DNA of 64,000 nt, from NCBI GenBank assembly GCA_951406725.2, contig OX597824.1, forward strand, positions 28,706,001-28,770,000. Direction: 5' to 3'. The translations under genes and the position numbers were made by a program. Shown piece by piece: positions 14,030 to 26,225 of the stretch. The stretch comes from Octopus vulgaris. Its lineage: Eukaryota. A model generated the notes under the pieces. That model saw only the letters and a list, made by a program, of their open reading frames with translations, made no database searches and had not been told where the DNA came from. Positions within the stretch are counted from its first letter, which is position 1. Each line of letters begins with the position of its first letter.

Positions 14030-14775
14030 GGTCGTCATCATCATCATCGTCGTCGTCGTCATCGTCCACTTTATCGTCATCATCATCATTATCATCATCA
14101 TTATCATCATCATCATCATCATCAACATCACATAATCATCATCATCTCATCATCACCATTATTATCATCATCACTATCATCATCATCATCATTATCATCA
14201 TCATCATCATTATCATCAACATAACATCAACATAATATTCATCATCATCATCACTACCATCATTATTATCATCATCATCATCATCATCACAATCGTGATC
14301 ATCATTGACATTGTCATAATCATGATCATCATCATCACCACCACCACCACCACCACCACCACCATCCTCATCTTCATCATCGTCATCATCCCATTCACTA
14401 TCGTTATCGTCATCGTCGTCATCATCATCATCACCATCATCATCATCAACATCATCATCATCATCATCATCATCGTCGTCGTCCTCATCATCATCATCGT
14501 CGTCGTCGTCATCATTATCATCATCGTCGTCGTCATTGTCATAATCATGATCATCATCATCACCACCACCACCACCACCACCACCATCATCATCATCATC
14601 GTCATCATCCCCATCACCATCGTTATCGTCATCGTCGTCATCATCATCATCATCATCATCATCGTCGTCATCATCGTTATCATCATCATCGTCGTCGTCA
14701 TCATCATCATCATCATCGTCGTCGTCATCATTATCATCACCGTCGTCGTCATCATCCTCATCATCATTATCACTA
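14030..14775. repeat. degenerate (ATC/GTC/ACC)n block with internal duplication
   Basis: cattgtcataatcatgatcatcatcatcaccacc.. occurs at ~14309 and ~14534. Confidence 0.9.
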
Positions 14776-15140
14776 GAAGCAATAGCAGCATGGAGAACAC
14801 AGTCGTTGACAACTGCAATAACTAAAATAATAACAGCACAATAAAAACGAAAACTGTCATCGGTTGGTATGTGGCACAATGACACTTGCAGCAGCAGCGT
14901 CACTGCGGCGGCTATGGCTCTAGCTCTGACACCATCCATCCATCCATTCATTCACAGTAATAACAACAACTGCAACATCAGCATCATTCAACTGCAAGTG
15001 TTGGAAAAAAAAACTAATGGAATATATGGAGATTACGAGGGTGGATAAGAAGAGAATAACGAAAAGAGAGGAGGAGAGGAGGAGAGAGAGGGAGAGGGAG
15101 TGGAACAAATGGAAGTAGACAGATATTATATATACATATA

Positions 15141-15190
<50 letters not shown>

Positions 15191-15323
15191 ATAGATTTGA
15201 TGATAAGATAATAAAAGCACAGAAGTTATACATATATATGTGTATATATGTATATGTATATGTATATATATATACTCTATATTATATGAACTTATATAGA
15301 TTATCTACATTCATATGACATAC

Positions 15324-15365
<42 letters not shown>

Positions 15366-15454
15366 TGTATTGTATGTATGTGTGTTTATGTGCATTTACG
15401 CATGTACATTGTGCATGTGATGTGTTTATATGTTTTTTGAACATCCAAGCGTGC

Positions 15455-15493
<39 letters not shown>

Positions 15494-15561
15494 GTGTGTA
15501 GAATGAAATAAAACGATTTCTGTTCAATCTGCGTTCAGCTCCATTTCTTCAATTCACCAAT

Positions 15562-15568
<7 letters not shown>
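15494..15568 (+). mobile_element. short terminal fragment of the HHR family at 42963-43112
   Basis: gtgtagaatgaaataaaacgatttctgttcaatctgcgttcagctccatttcttcaattcac matches 43042-43103; (TA)n on both sides. Confidence 0.8.
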
Positions 15569-15594
<26 letters not shown>

Positions 15595-15647
15595 CATACA
15601 TATATATATGTATACTATATATATATATAATAGAGAGAGAGAGAGAG

Positions 15648-15742
<95 letters not shown>

Positions 15743-16155
15743 CAGATAGATGGAGAAATAGAAATGCATTTTTTCTTTTTTGTTTATTTTTATTTGTCTT
15801 TTGTCTTTTATTGTTGTTGTTTTTTTTTCGCTCAGTGAAGGTGAGATAGAGGTAAAAAGTGAGAAAGAGGGAGGGACATTAGATATCTCGCTACAAAACT
15901 CAGAATTTTACTCCCGGAAATTGTGCCGACTATAGCTCGGAAGAATAACTCGTAAAGACTACTTCCAATTTCCGGCAAATCTTAGATGTGTCCGACATAA
16001 ACACTAGCTGTTCTAACAAGTTTGGTTCACTTCTATTTTAGCACCATTCGTTATGGACCAGATTCGATTTCATTAATGTATTTGCTTCATTCTGTACGAA
16101 CTCCCACATCCCTCGCTATCACTCTTTCTCTTTCTCTCTCTCTCTTTCTCTCTTT

Positions 16156-16187
<32 letters not shown>

Positions 16188-16936
16188 GTCTATCTACCTA
16201 TCTATTTATCTATTTATCTCTCTATCTCTTTCTTCCTCTGTCTCTCTTTCTCTCTGTGTATACCGCTCTTTATATCGCTCTGTATATTGCCACAGCGTTT
16301 GCTTTTGCTATTGGGGAAATATTTTTTACGCATAATATTTTGTTTTTACGTCTTTTTTATTTTGTACAATTTTGTTTTCAGCATATTTTTAGAAATATGT
16401 TTTGTTTGATGTCATTTACTATATAATATTATAACTCACACACACAAACACACACACATACACACACACATACACACATATATATATATATGCATACATT
16501 TATCCATGAAGATGTATGCAGTTATACATTCATAAATCTACTTATATATTACATAGTTTTATGTATATATGAATATATATATATATGCATATATATACAT
16601 ATATACACACACACATATATATACATATATGTATATATACATATATATATACATATACATATATGTATATATACATATATATATACATATATATATACAT
16701 ATACATATACATAAATATATATATATATATACAAACATATATACACACAAACATACAAAAACACAGATAACCACAATACATGCATACGTATATATATACA
16801 CACACATATATATATATATATATACACACACAAACACACACACGCGCATACAAACATATATATACATAATACATTATATAAATCTGTATAAGTTATATGT
16901 GTAATTTCAAATATATCTATATATGTATATGATATG

Positions 16937-16979
<43 letters not shown>

Positions 16980-17370
16980 TAATTTAGGTATTTATTTCAC
17001 CACATTAATGTTATCATAGATGCCATTATACTTATTATTATCGTCGGAAGATTGGTAACGCGGGTGGCAGGTAGGCGGAAAAGTTGGAGCGTCAGAAAGA
17101 AGTGTTTTACTTCTATTTCATTTTTCCTTCTAAATTTTTTGCTTCGGGTTCAAATTTCTCGGAGAAAATCTTTGTATTCTATCCATTCCGTGTTGATTGA
17201 ATAAAAGTATAAGTCGTGGCCGATGACAACGGTTAACTCCCTTCCTTTAAGAAATCCTGGATTCCCACCTAAATCTGAAATATTTAGAAGGTTCCGAAAT
17301 GGACGAGACGATTCTCTTGTGACTCGGATAAATAATATTTGTTATTTATCTCAATAGCTTAGGTTATATT

Positions 17371-17616
17371 GGAGGCGCATGGCTTAATGGTTAGGGTGTC
17401 AGCATCATTATAGTAAGATTGTGGTATCGATTGCTGGACAGGGTGACGCGTTGTGTTCTTGAGCAAAACACTTCATTTCACGTTGCTCCAGTCCACTCAG
17501 CTGGCAAAAATGAGTAACGCTGCGTTGGACTGGCGCCCCGTCCAGCTGGAGAACACATACGCCATTGAAACCGGGAAACCGGGCCCATGAACCTGGGTAC
17601 GTTTTAAAAGGGCGCA
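17371..17616 (+). mobile_element. tRNA-derived SINE family A
   Basis: A box tggcttaatgg, B-box-like ggtatcgattgc, CORE-like gtgttcttgagcaaaacactt..ccagtccactcagctg, V-like ggactggcgccccgtccag. Confidence 0.9.
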
Positions 17617-17759
17617 AAGAAGAACTTAGGCTATGAGTTCAAAATGTGCCGGATTCAAACTTAGTTTCATTGTTTTCCAAGTCGTCAAAATAAAGTACCA
17701 GTCAAATATTGGAGTCCTGGAGTCGATGATGCCGATTTTATATTTGTTCCTCTCTTTGC

Positions 17760-18050
17760 TGTTTTGTTTGTTCCTTCTCAAGCCATGCCTGGCTTATAAG
17801 GGCCGGTTTCCCCGGTTTCTTTGGCGTATAGGTTCCCCACCTGAACAGAATGCCGATCCGTCGCAAGTGAACTGGAAGATGCAGGAGGAAAGAGTGAGAG
17901 AAAGTTGTGGCGAAAGGATCAGCAGACGTTCGCCATTACTTTCTGTCATGCCGCGTGGAGCTTAGGTGTTTCGCTCATAAACACACGCACATCGCCCGTT
18001 CTGAGAATTGAACCCGCGATCCCTCAACCACTAGGCTATGTGTCTCCACT
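17760..18050 (-). mobile_element. tRNA-derived SINE family C
   Basis: Reverse complement of 46705-47009; (aaca)n tail. Confidence 0.9.
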
Positions 18051-18805
18051 CCTAGCTTTGTACATAAAATAAAGAGATTAACTTACGACAGTCGGAAATA
18101 GTGCCGTGTCTTATGCATTTATTTCTCCTTCACTTTCTATATTTGTCTGGCTCAGTTCCCCAACCGTTGTGGCTAGGAAAGAAGAGACAATTATTATTGT
18201 TTTTGTTACTACTGCTATAATTATTATTATGATTACCATCATAATTTTTATCTGCCTTCCTTGTGGTCTTGTGAATTGTCACTTCGACCTCAGTATAATG
18301 GTGGATGATGGTCTGATGTCGCCATCGGGAGCAACAGTGGAGTTGTTCAGTTTTCACCTTGTAAAACTGCGTTCAACGAGTTATTTTGTGTGAACGTTCC
18401 AGGGAAGGCGTAGACATTTTGGTGAAATAACAGTTTTGAGCTGGTGAACAAAAATTTCCTTCCACTCTTACATTAGAGGTACGTTTATTCAGTGCCAGGA
18501 CATCTAGCAAAAACGCGATCGAAATTAAATAGAAAGTAGAAGAAACAAATTCAATTACTCAACAAAATAGATATATTAACAAAAAAATAGTTTTCTTGGT
18601 AGAAAATATTATTTCGAGTAATTTAAACGATACAACTAACGATACAACGACAATACATCTTTGGCTAGAGACATATTAGAAATATTAAGATGAACTGAGG
18701 AAATAATGGTAACCATTCAGTCGCTAACGAAATTTCAAATAGAAATATTTAGAGACAGAGAGAGAATATGAGGAAAGAAACAGAGACAGAGATAGATAGA
18801 TAGAC

Positions 18806-18868
<63 letters not shown>

Positions 18869-19099
18869 GCGGGAGAGAGAGGTGGGGAAGACTTTCAGAT
18901 CTATGTGACAAAGAAAGGTGCCTCGCGAGCTTTGTCTCTTATAAAAGGGCGAGATCGAAAAAGAGGCCATATATAAGTAGATTCAAATGTTTAAGGCCAG
19001 CCTCTTGGAGGGAGCATTGGCCGATATGTGCGACAATAATTTCTCCGTTAATTGAATGTATGAGAGCTAGAATTTGAGACGAACTGAAAAGATAGATCA

Positions 19100-19470
19100 A
19101 GCGTATACTTCACATACTTACAAACAGGTTCGTGCAACAAGGTTTGGGTCGCTGATGGAAGTACCACAATAAAAAATATTGCATGGCGTTTACCTTTGAC
19201 TTATTTTAAGTTTCACACAATAGGAGCAGGGAGTAAACAAAAAGTTCATCAGGAACCGGCAGGACATAAGCATATAATTATTAATTACCCCAGAAAACAA
19301 TTCTGGAACTGTGTACTTCCTTGGGCGCTGAAAGAAAAAAAGGGAAGGCGATGTCCATGACCTTTCACCCGGCTTCCTAGACACGTTGGAGGAAAATGAC
19401 CCACAACCGAAGACCTGGCTTGAATGTTTGCAGTAATGTGGATTCCACTGATTCACCTGAGGAACTAGGT
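19100..19470 (-). pseudogene. possible highly decayed Tc1-like transposase remnant
   Basis: Minus-strand KHSSQVFGCGSFSS..SLFFF resembles the Tc1 KH..VMVWG.FS..G.L motif; weak. Confidence 0.3.
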
Positions 19471-20864
19471 AGTGGTGTTAGAGCTTGGTGGTGTAAACCG
19501 TCTGACGAGGTATATCTATGACAGCGTCAATTAGTGGTTCATAGCAACTTTTTAGTACGATACTTGTGTGTTAATCAGTGCCGGGGTACATTTAGGAGAT
19601 ATATTCTCAGCTTGCATTCTCATTGCTCTACTATACCTCAGATGACCACAAACATGCTTAATTATCCATGTTATCCGAGTGTTAAGTATCAGCTTAAATT
19701 GTTGTTGTTGTTGTTGCTGCTGCTGCTGCTACTGCTGTTGTTGTTGTTGTTGTTGTTTAGAATCAGGTCAATCTAACTGAGAATATGGTCGGAGGTGTTT
19801 TGTGCTTGTCTCTAGTATTGCATATCCCAAATGCATTGTATGAAGGATTCTCCTGGAATGGTGTAAATTGATGAATTAGAAAAGATTTTGGTTGCTATTT
19901 CAAGCAGTCACATATAAAGTCAGCTTAATAGCTGGTTAATTTTATGTATGAACAGCTATGGTCTGATATGAAACCTCGGACCATAACTTGAAACCCAACA
20001 GACATTTGGCAATGCTAATCACTCCATATAATTTTGAACGAGAAGAAAAATAATAAAATGAATGTTGGTGTAGAAGTTAGTTTGAACGAAACGAGAATTT
20101 CATCAGAACAGAAAGTTTGTAAATTTCTATAACCAAGTGAAATTATGACATTAATTAATTATAATGCGTGATTGAACGATTAAATATTCCTTGAAAATCT
20201 TCATTGTTAAGAAGCTTCATGGTTTATTAGACTGTAGAACGTTCCATGAAATACTCCCAGCGTTGAATCATTAAATTGATAAGCCGTTTTAATGAAGCTT
20301 AATTACCACCACAAATATTAGACACGTTAATTAAAATGGCATTGATAATATTTCTGAGAAGAATTGAAACCGTTTCGTCAGACAGACTCTAGGGAGAGGA
20401 GCGGTGAATTTCTCTTCGTTATTATTACCAATCCTGTAAATTGTGACGCATTAATAACAGTTAATCTTAATAATATCAGACCATCCTTTTGTTTATTATG
20501 ATATAAATATAATTTTACTATTCTTAAATCTGTCATTCCAACACATTTGATTTGAGGTTAAATTTCAGCGTCAACTTATTATCTCTGAGCGATATGGGCG
20601 GTCTAAATCAACTGTAAATAGCCAATTACGCAGAAATATAATTTATGAAGTTGAAGCTGAATGCTGTGTGTCAAAATACGTATTCACTCGACAAATACAA
20701 AGAAAACATCAGTTATTTTATATCAAGATTGCTGCAGACGATAGGTTTCCAGTCTACAAAACGAATGCACCGAGGCTCGTATTCCGTTAGCGAATACTGT
20801 GCTGTGTGCATCGGCAATATTCACTACAGAAACAGCAGAATACTGATAAACAGTAAAACAATGA

Positions 20865-21206
20865 GGATCTTTTCGGTTTGAACGGCAGTTTTTTCTAGCG
20901 GGGGCATATGAAATTGTCACCCATAATTATGACCCTAGTATCGATCTATTGCATTCCAATCTGTTTCTTAAACGAGGGACATATTCATACGGTACAGAAT
21001 ATTTTCACCTCAATAGACGTCATTGATTGGTTGAAATTGCAGAAATTGAAGAAAAAACCCACAAATATCTTACAAATTATAAAATTTTCTCAATAAAGCT
21101 AAGAGAAAAATATGTTTTATAAACACTTTCTACCAGTATACGAAGTTTAAAAGTGTTTAGTTACGTGGAAATTATTTTAAAAACTGCCGTTCAAACTGAA
21201 AAGATC
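20865..21206. mobile_element. MITE with GG..CC termini and 8 bp TSD (Merlin-like)
   Basis: TIR ggatcttttcggtttgaacggcagttttt / aaaaactgccgttcaaactgaaaagatcc; flanks aacaatga / aataatga. Confidence 0.8.
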
Positions 21207-21344
21207 CAATAATGACCATGAGATAGTAACACACTCCACCAAAGGCAAAAGCTGAGGCGTTTGTACGCGGTAACTGGAGCTGCCAGAAATAACGATCAAA
21301 TACGCAACAATTTACAGTTTATCGCCTTAAAAAGAAGAATTGTG

Positions 21345-21592
21345 GGATCTTTTCACTTTGACGGGCAGATTTAAAAAATAATTGTATTCACCTCAACAGA
21401 CATCATTGATTGGTTGAAATTACCGAAATACGACAAATTTAACAACGAATAGCTTACAAACTACAGAATTTTCTCAAGAACACCAAGAGAAAAAGATGCT
21501 TTATGTAACACATTCTACCAGTATACGAAGTTTAAAAGTGTTTAGTTACAAAAAATTGTTTTTTAAATCTGCGGGTCAAAGTGAAAAGATCC
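21345..21592. mobile_element. second Merlin-like MITE, related subfamily
   Basis: TIR ggatcttttcactttgac / gtcaaagtgaaaagatcc; flanks gaattgtg / gaaatgtg; interior homologous to 21005-21180. Confidence 0.8.
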
Positions 21593-21876
21593 GAAATGTG
21601 TTGGATATTGTATTTCCAGGCTTAGTATACCTGAATAAAAGCTAGAATTTATTTTGCTTTAAGTACCTTTATTTATCCGCTAAACCAATGTTGATCAGAA
21701 GCTATTCTGCAAAGCTACAACTTCTGGACTTATTCTCAAAGTATATATTTGAAGGTATTTTCTCCTATCTACGCTGCATCGATATAGAATGTTCAAAGGA
21801 TAATTTAACGAGCATGAAATCCGCCGAATACTGATTTACATTATTTTTCTTTAGATAATAATCATCAGGGTACAGT

Positions 21877-22139
21877 GTGGAGGCGCGTGGCTTAATGGTA
21901 AGGATGTCAGCATCATAATCGTAAGATTGTGGTTTCGTATCCTGGACCGGGCGACGTGCTGTGTTCTTGAGCAAAACACTTCATTCCACGTTGCTCCAGT
22001 CCACTCAACTGGCAAAAATGAGTAACGCTGCGATGGACTGGCGTCCTGTCCAGCTGGGAAACACATAAGCCATTGAAACCGGGAAACAGGGTCCATGAGT
22101 CTGGCTAGGCTTTAAAAGGGCGCATTTATTTATTTTAAG
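21877..22139 (+). mobile_element. SINE family A with 10 bp TSD
   Basis: TSD agggtacagt at 21867-21876 and 22140-22149; (attt)n tail. Confidence 0.92.
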
Positions 22140-22482
22140 AGGGTACAGTAGATTATTATCATTTCTACCCGTACGGCGTTCTGCTTCTTTTCTGGTACCT
22201 GTCATACAATCAGGGATTTATCGGCTTAAACTCGTAGTGCAGTAAAGTTTTCTTTTCTCTGGTTATACAAGTGAATGCGTTTGGTTTAGTAGATAAGGTT
22301 AAAACATTTTACCTAAATTTTTTTAGTAACATAATCTGCTTTTTCTTTATGCATCACTAATCATTTTATTCTTTCCCAAAATATACCAACCTCATTTATA
22401 ATCCTATCGTATCTAATAAATCGACTTGAAAACAGATTATATCTACCATTAACGGAATTTTATTTCGTGCCCAGGACAAGTA

Positions 22483-22791
22483 TTGTTTGTTGTTTGTTCC
22501 TTCTCAAGCCATACCTGGCTCATAGAGCCGGTTTCCCGGTTTCCTTGGCGTATAGTTTCCTCACCTGGACGGGACGCCGGCCCGTCGCAGGTGATCTGCA
22601 AGATGCAGGAGAAAAGAGTGAGAGAAAGTTTTGGCGAAAGAGTCAGCAGAAGTTCACCATTACCTTCTGCCGGAGCCGCGTGGAGCTTAGGTGTTTCACT
22701 CATAAACACACACATTGCCCGGTCTGAGATTCGAATCTGTGATCTCTCGACCGCGAGTCCGCTGCTGTAACCACTAGGCCATGTGTCTTCA
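22483..22791 (-). mobile_element. SINE family C
   Basis: Reverse complement of 46705-47009. Confidence 0.9.
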
Positions 22792-22884
22792 CCAGGGCAT
22801 ATATACTACATAGATATTAAGGTTCTCGGTTTGATTATAAATACTAGTCACAAACGTTTTATCAACGCTAACTTAACATCTAAA

Positions 22885-23690
22885 TAGTTAAGTTCTCTAG
22901 CCACATGGCTCCAGATTCAGTGCCTCTGCGTGGCACCTTGGGCAAGTGTCTTCCACTATCGTAGCACTCTGTCGGTTACGACGACGAGGGTTCCAGTTGA
23001 TCCGATGAACGGAACAGCCTGCTCGTGAAATTAACGTACAAGTGGCTGAGCACTCCACAGACACCTGTACCCTTAATGTAGTTCTCGGGGAGATTCAGCG
23101 TGACACAGAGTATGACAAGGCTAGCCCTTTGAAATACAGGTACAACAGAAATAGGAAGAAAGAATGAGAGAAGGTTGTGGTGAAAGAGTACATCAGGGTT
23201 CGCCACAACCCCCTGCCGAAGCCTCGTAGAGCATTAGGTACTTTCGCTTGAAAAACACTCAAAACGCCCAGACTGGGAATCGAAACCGCGATCCTACGAC
23301 CGCAAGTATGTTATCTTAACCACTGGGCCTCCACTCTTCCACTGTAGTCAAGGATCGAACAAATCTTTGTAAGTAGATTTGGTAGGCAGAAACTGAGAGC
23401 AACCTTTGTGTGTGTGTGGGGGGGGGGGGTTGTGTTGTGTTTGTGTCTGTGTGTCTATCTATGTGTGTGTGAGTGTGGTGTATGTGATTATCCCTCACTA
23501 CCGTTTGACAAGCGTGGTGGGTGTATTTACGACCCCATAACAGAGGTTCGGCAAAAGAAACCGATAAAATAAGTATCAGGCGTTAAAAAAAATTAGTACT
23601 GTGATTGATTTGTTCAACTAAAATTCTTCAAGGCGGTGCTCCAGCATGGCCGCAATCTAATGACAGAAAGAAGTAAAAATATAAAAGAAA
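22885..23690 (+). mobile_element. SINE family D interrupted by a family B insertion
   Basis: Head 22885-22960 resumes at 23335; tcttccact duplicated at both junctions. Confidence 0.85.
22961..23334 (-). mobile_element. SINE family B (nested)
   Basis: Reverse complement of 33579-33945. Confidence 0.88.
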
Positions 23691-23738
23691 AGGATACCGA
23701 GTCACCATTTCCTTTTGCTGGGAAGCCTTATGGATATA

Positions 23739-23988
23739 TTAGGTTGGTGCATAATTATTGCGGCTTTTTTCAATAAATTTTATTAAAAAATCCAATAACA
23801 AGATTTAACAAAAACGTCTTTAAATGTTTATTCCGACCGGCTGCCAAGCAAATGGGAAACAGTAATTGAAGTAGATAGTGAATATGCTCGAAATAATCAT
23901 TTAAATATGTTTTTATTAAATGTTGCTATTGTTTTTGTTAATTAAAATTTATTGATAAAAAAGCCGCAATAATTATGCACCAACCTAA
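23739..23988 (+). mobile_element. mariner deletion derivative (MITE)
   Basis: ~45 bp TIR ttaggttggtgcataattattgcggcttttt, TA on both sides; interior encodes DRLPSKWETVIEVDSEY, like a mariner transposase C-terminus. Confidence 0.9.
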
Positions 23989-24054
23989 TAGTTAATCGCC
24001 TATTTCAAAATAAATGTATATATCTACAGCAGTCATTAAGTCGTTTGACTAAAC

Positions 24055-24349
24055 CAGGGGTTCTTAATCATCTTCGTTTAGGGACCCTTTTTATTACTAG
24101 TTTACTTTAGTGGACCCCCTATTTTACTTTTCACGTGCTCACTTGCGTAGGTTGAAATATGTAAAATGTCAGAGAAAACAAACTAGCTGTTTCTTGCAAT
24201 GCATACCAATATATACATCTAAAGCAAAAAATTTTCAGAGGCCTTTAATATACTATTGTGGCTCTCGCGTTAACTATTTTCTGGCATAGACCTCAAAAAA
24301 TCTTATATGAACGCTCAGGGGCCATATGGGCCCCGGTTGAGGACCACTG
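24055..24349. mobile_element. hAT (Charlie-like) MITE
   Basis: Termini caggggttcttaa / ttgaggaccactg; 8 bp TSD gactaaac / gtctaaac. Confidence 0.85.
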
Positions 24350-24797
24350 GTCTAAACATATGATTTTCCTTTTGTATAAATAATTAAAAAATCTAAATTC
24401 ATATAAATATGAAAGTATATCACCTAACAAAGGGCTATAACTATAATTACTGAATATCAGAATACCCTGGACATCCTGCTTACTTAAAGCTGATCCCTTC
24501 CGTATTATACAGTTTATCCTTCTAAATTGTTCTAACGAAGCCTTTTACGATAGTTCCTAAAATGTTTCTCCGTGACACTGTATTTAAGACTTAACCTAAA
24601 TATGAAATCGTTAATCGATTTCAAAATAATCTTCTTCCCTGTTTTGCGTACCCTTCCGCATAAACCATCTTAAATGCTCATTTACGACCCCCTAAATCAC
24701 CACTATAAGTATGTTCCATCCCAAAGTGGTATAATTCTGACTTCATGCGATCGTAGGTGCCAAAACACACACACACATACATACATACATACATACA

Positions 24798-24876
<79 letters not shown>

Positions 24877-24894
24877 TACATACAAAGATATATG

Positions 24895-25722
24895 TTTACG
24901 TTTGATTTTGATTTTGTCGGCTACTCAGTATAGTAGGCTTAGTTGGGCACCGTCTAAGAGAATAATAGCACCATTACGTAATTCACTCTCCTAGAAATTT
25001 GGAACTGACTACTTGGCATTCGCGCAGGAAGTTCCAATGCGAACATTTCAGAGTGTTTGGGTGTCAATCTGAGGAGAGTGCAATCTGAGGATTTAAACCG
25101 AGAGTGATAGAAATAAAAAACACCCAGTCAACATTATAGTGTTTGGGTTGATCACTAGTGATGGCGATATTATGTTTCCATTCATCTTCCCACACGGCCT
25201 CAGACTCAACACGGGGGCCTACATCAAGTGCCTGATAGAGGTTGTGCTGCCTTGTGTCAAGAGGGTGGCTGCTGGAAGACCCTATGTCTCGCAACTGGAC
25301 CCTGCACCACGCCACACAAGTTGGATAACCCAGTCATAGTTGTCAGCCAATTTCTCCGACCACATCACCCCTAACATCTGGCTACCTAACTCACCAAACC
25401 GCAAAACCCTTGCTTATTATGTGAGGGGCGCCGTTGAGTGAGAGCCACAAATCTCCTTGTAACACGAAAGATGAACTGAAGGCAAGGATTATGGCAGTAT
25501 TCAACACTTTCAACAAAGAGACCGTCTAGAAGAGTTTCAGAAGATTCCAGAGTTATCTGGAGCCGGGGTTGAAGCCAATGGTGATGTTATTGAATAAATT
25601 TACTCTTTAATATTTCAAGATATTGTCATGTAATTTTCGTAAATATATCTGTTAACATGTGATGTCAGTGTTATTTTCATGTTTGTGTAATTTAAACGAC
25701 AGTTTATTCACTGCACCCTCTA
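24895..25722 (+). mobile_element. Tc1/mariner (maT/DD37D-like) transposon, internally deleted, decayed transposase
   Basis: KHPVNIIVFGLITSDGDIMFPFIFPHGLRLN..YIKCL..VVLP..GRPYVSQLDPAPRHTS..IWLPNSP with stops and frameshifts; ends gcaccctcta. Confidence 0.85.
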
Positions 25723-25807
25723 TATAGACAGAGAGAGAGAAAGGTAGGAGAGAGACTGAGGAATGGGAGAGAAAGACATAGATAGATAGATATATACACA
25801 TAGCCAC

Positions 25808-25809
25808 AC

Positions 25810-25889
<80 letters not shown>

Positions 25890-26137
25890 GGATGGATGGA
25901 TGGATGGATGGATGGATGGATGGATGGATGGATGGATAGATGGATAGATAGGTAGATGGATGGATGGATAGATAGATAGATAGATAGGTAGATGGATGGA
26001 TGGATGGATAGAGAGGTAGAGAGATATAGATAGATGGATAGATAGGTAGAGAGATATAGATAGATGGATAGATAGATAGAGAGAGAGAGAGAGATGGTTA
26101 GATAGAGAGAGATATATAGATAGATGGATAGATAGAG

Positions 26138-26208
<71 letters not shown>

Positions 26209-26225
26209 AGGACAGATAGATAGAT
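25808..26225. repeat. (GATA)n/(GATG)n compound microsatellite
   Basis: Direct reading. Confidence 0.95.

Noticed and set aside
14142-14951. 269 aa poly-Asp ORF (and 265 aa poly-Pro ORF at 28195-28992)
   Set aside because: Trinucleotide low-complexity DNA open in several frames on both strands; could mimic acidic or extensin-like proteins but nothing supports coding.
18690-18745. CUGAGGA...GAAA-UUUCAAA-UA
   Set aside because: No stem I and stem II is not adjacent to the core; likely chance in AT-rich DNA.
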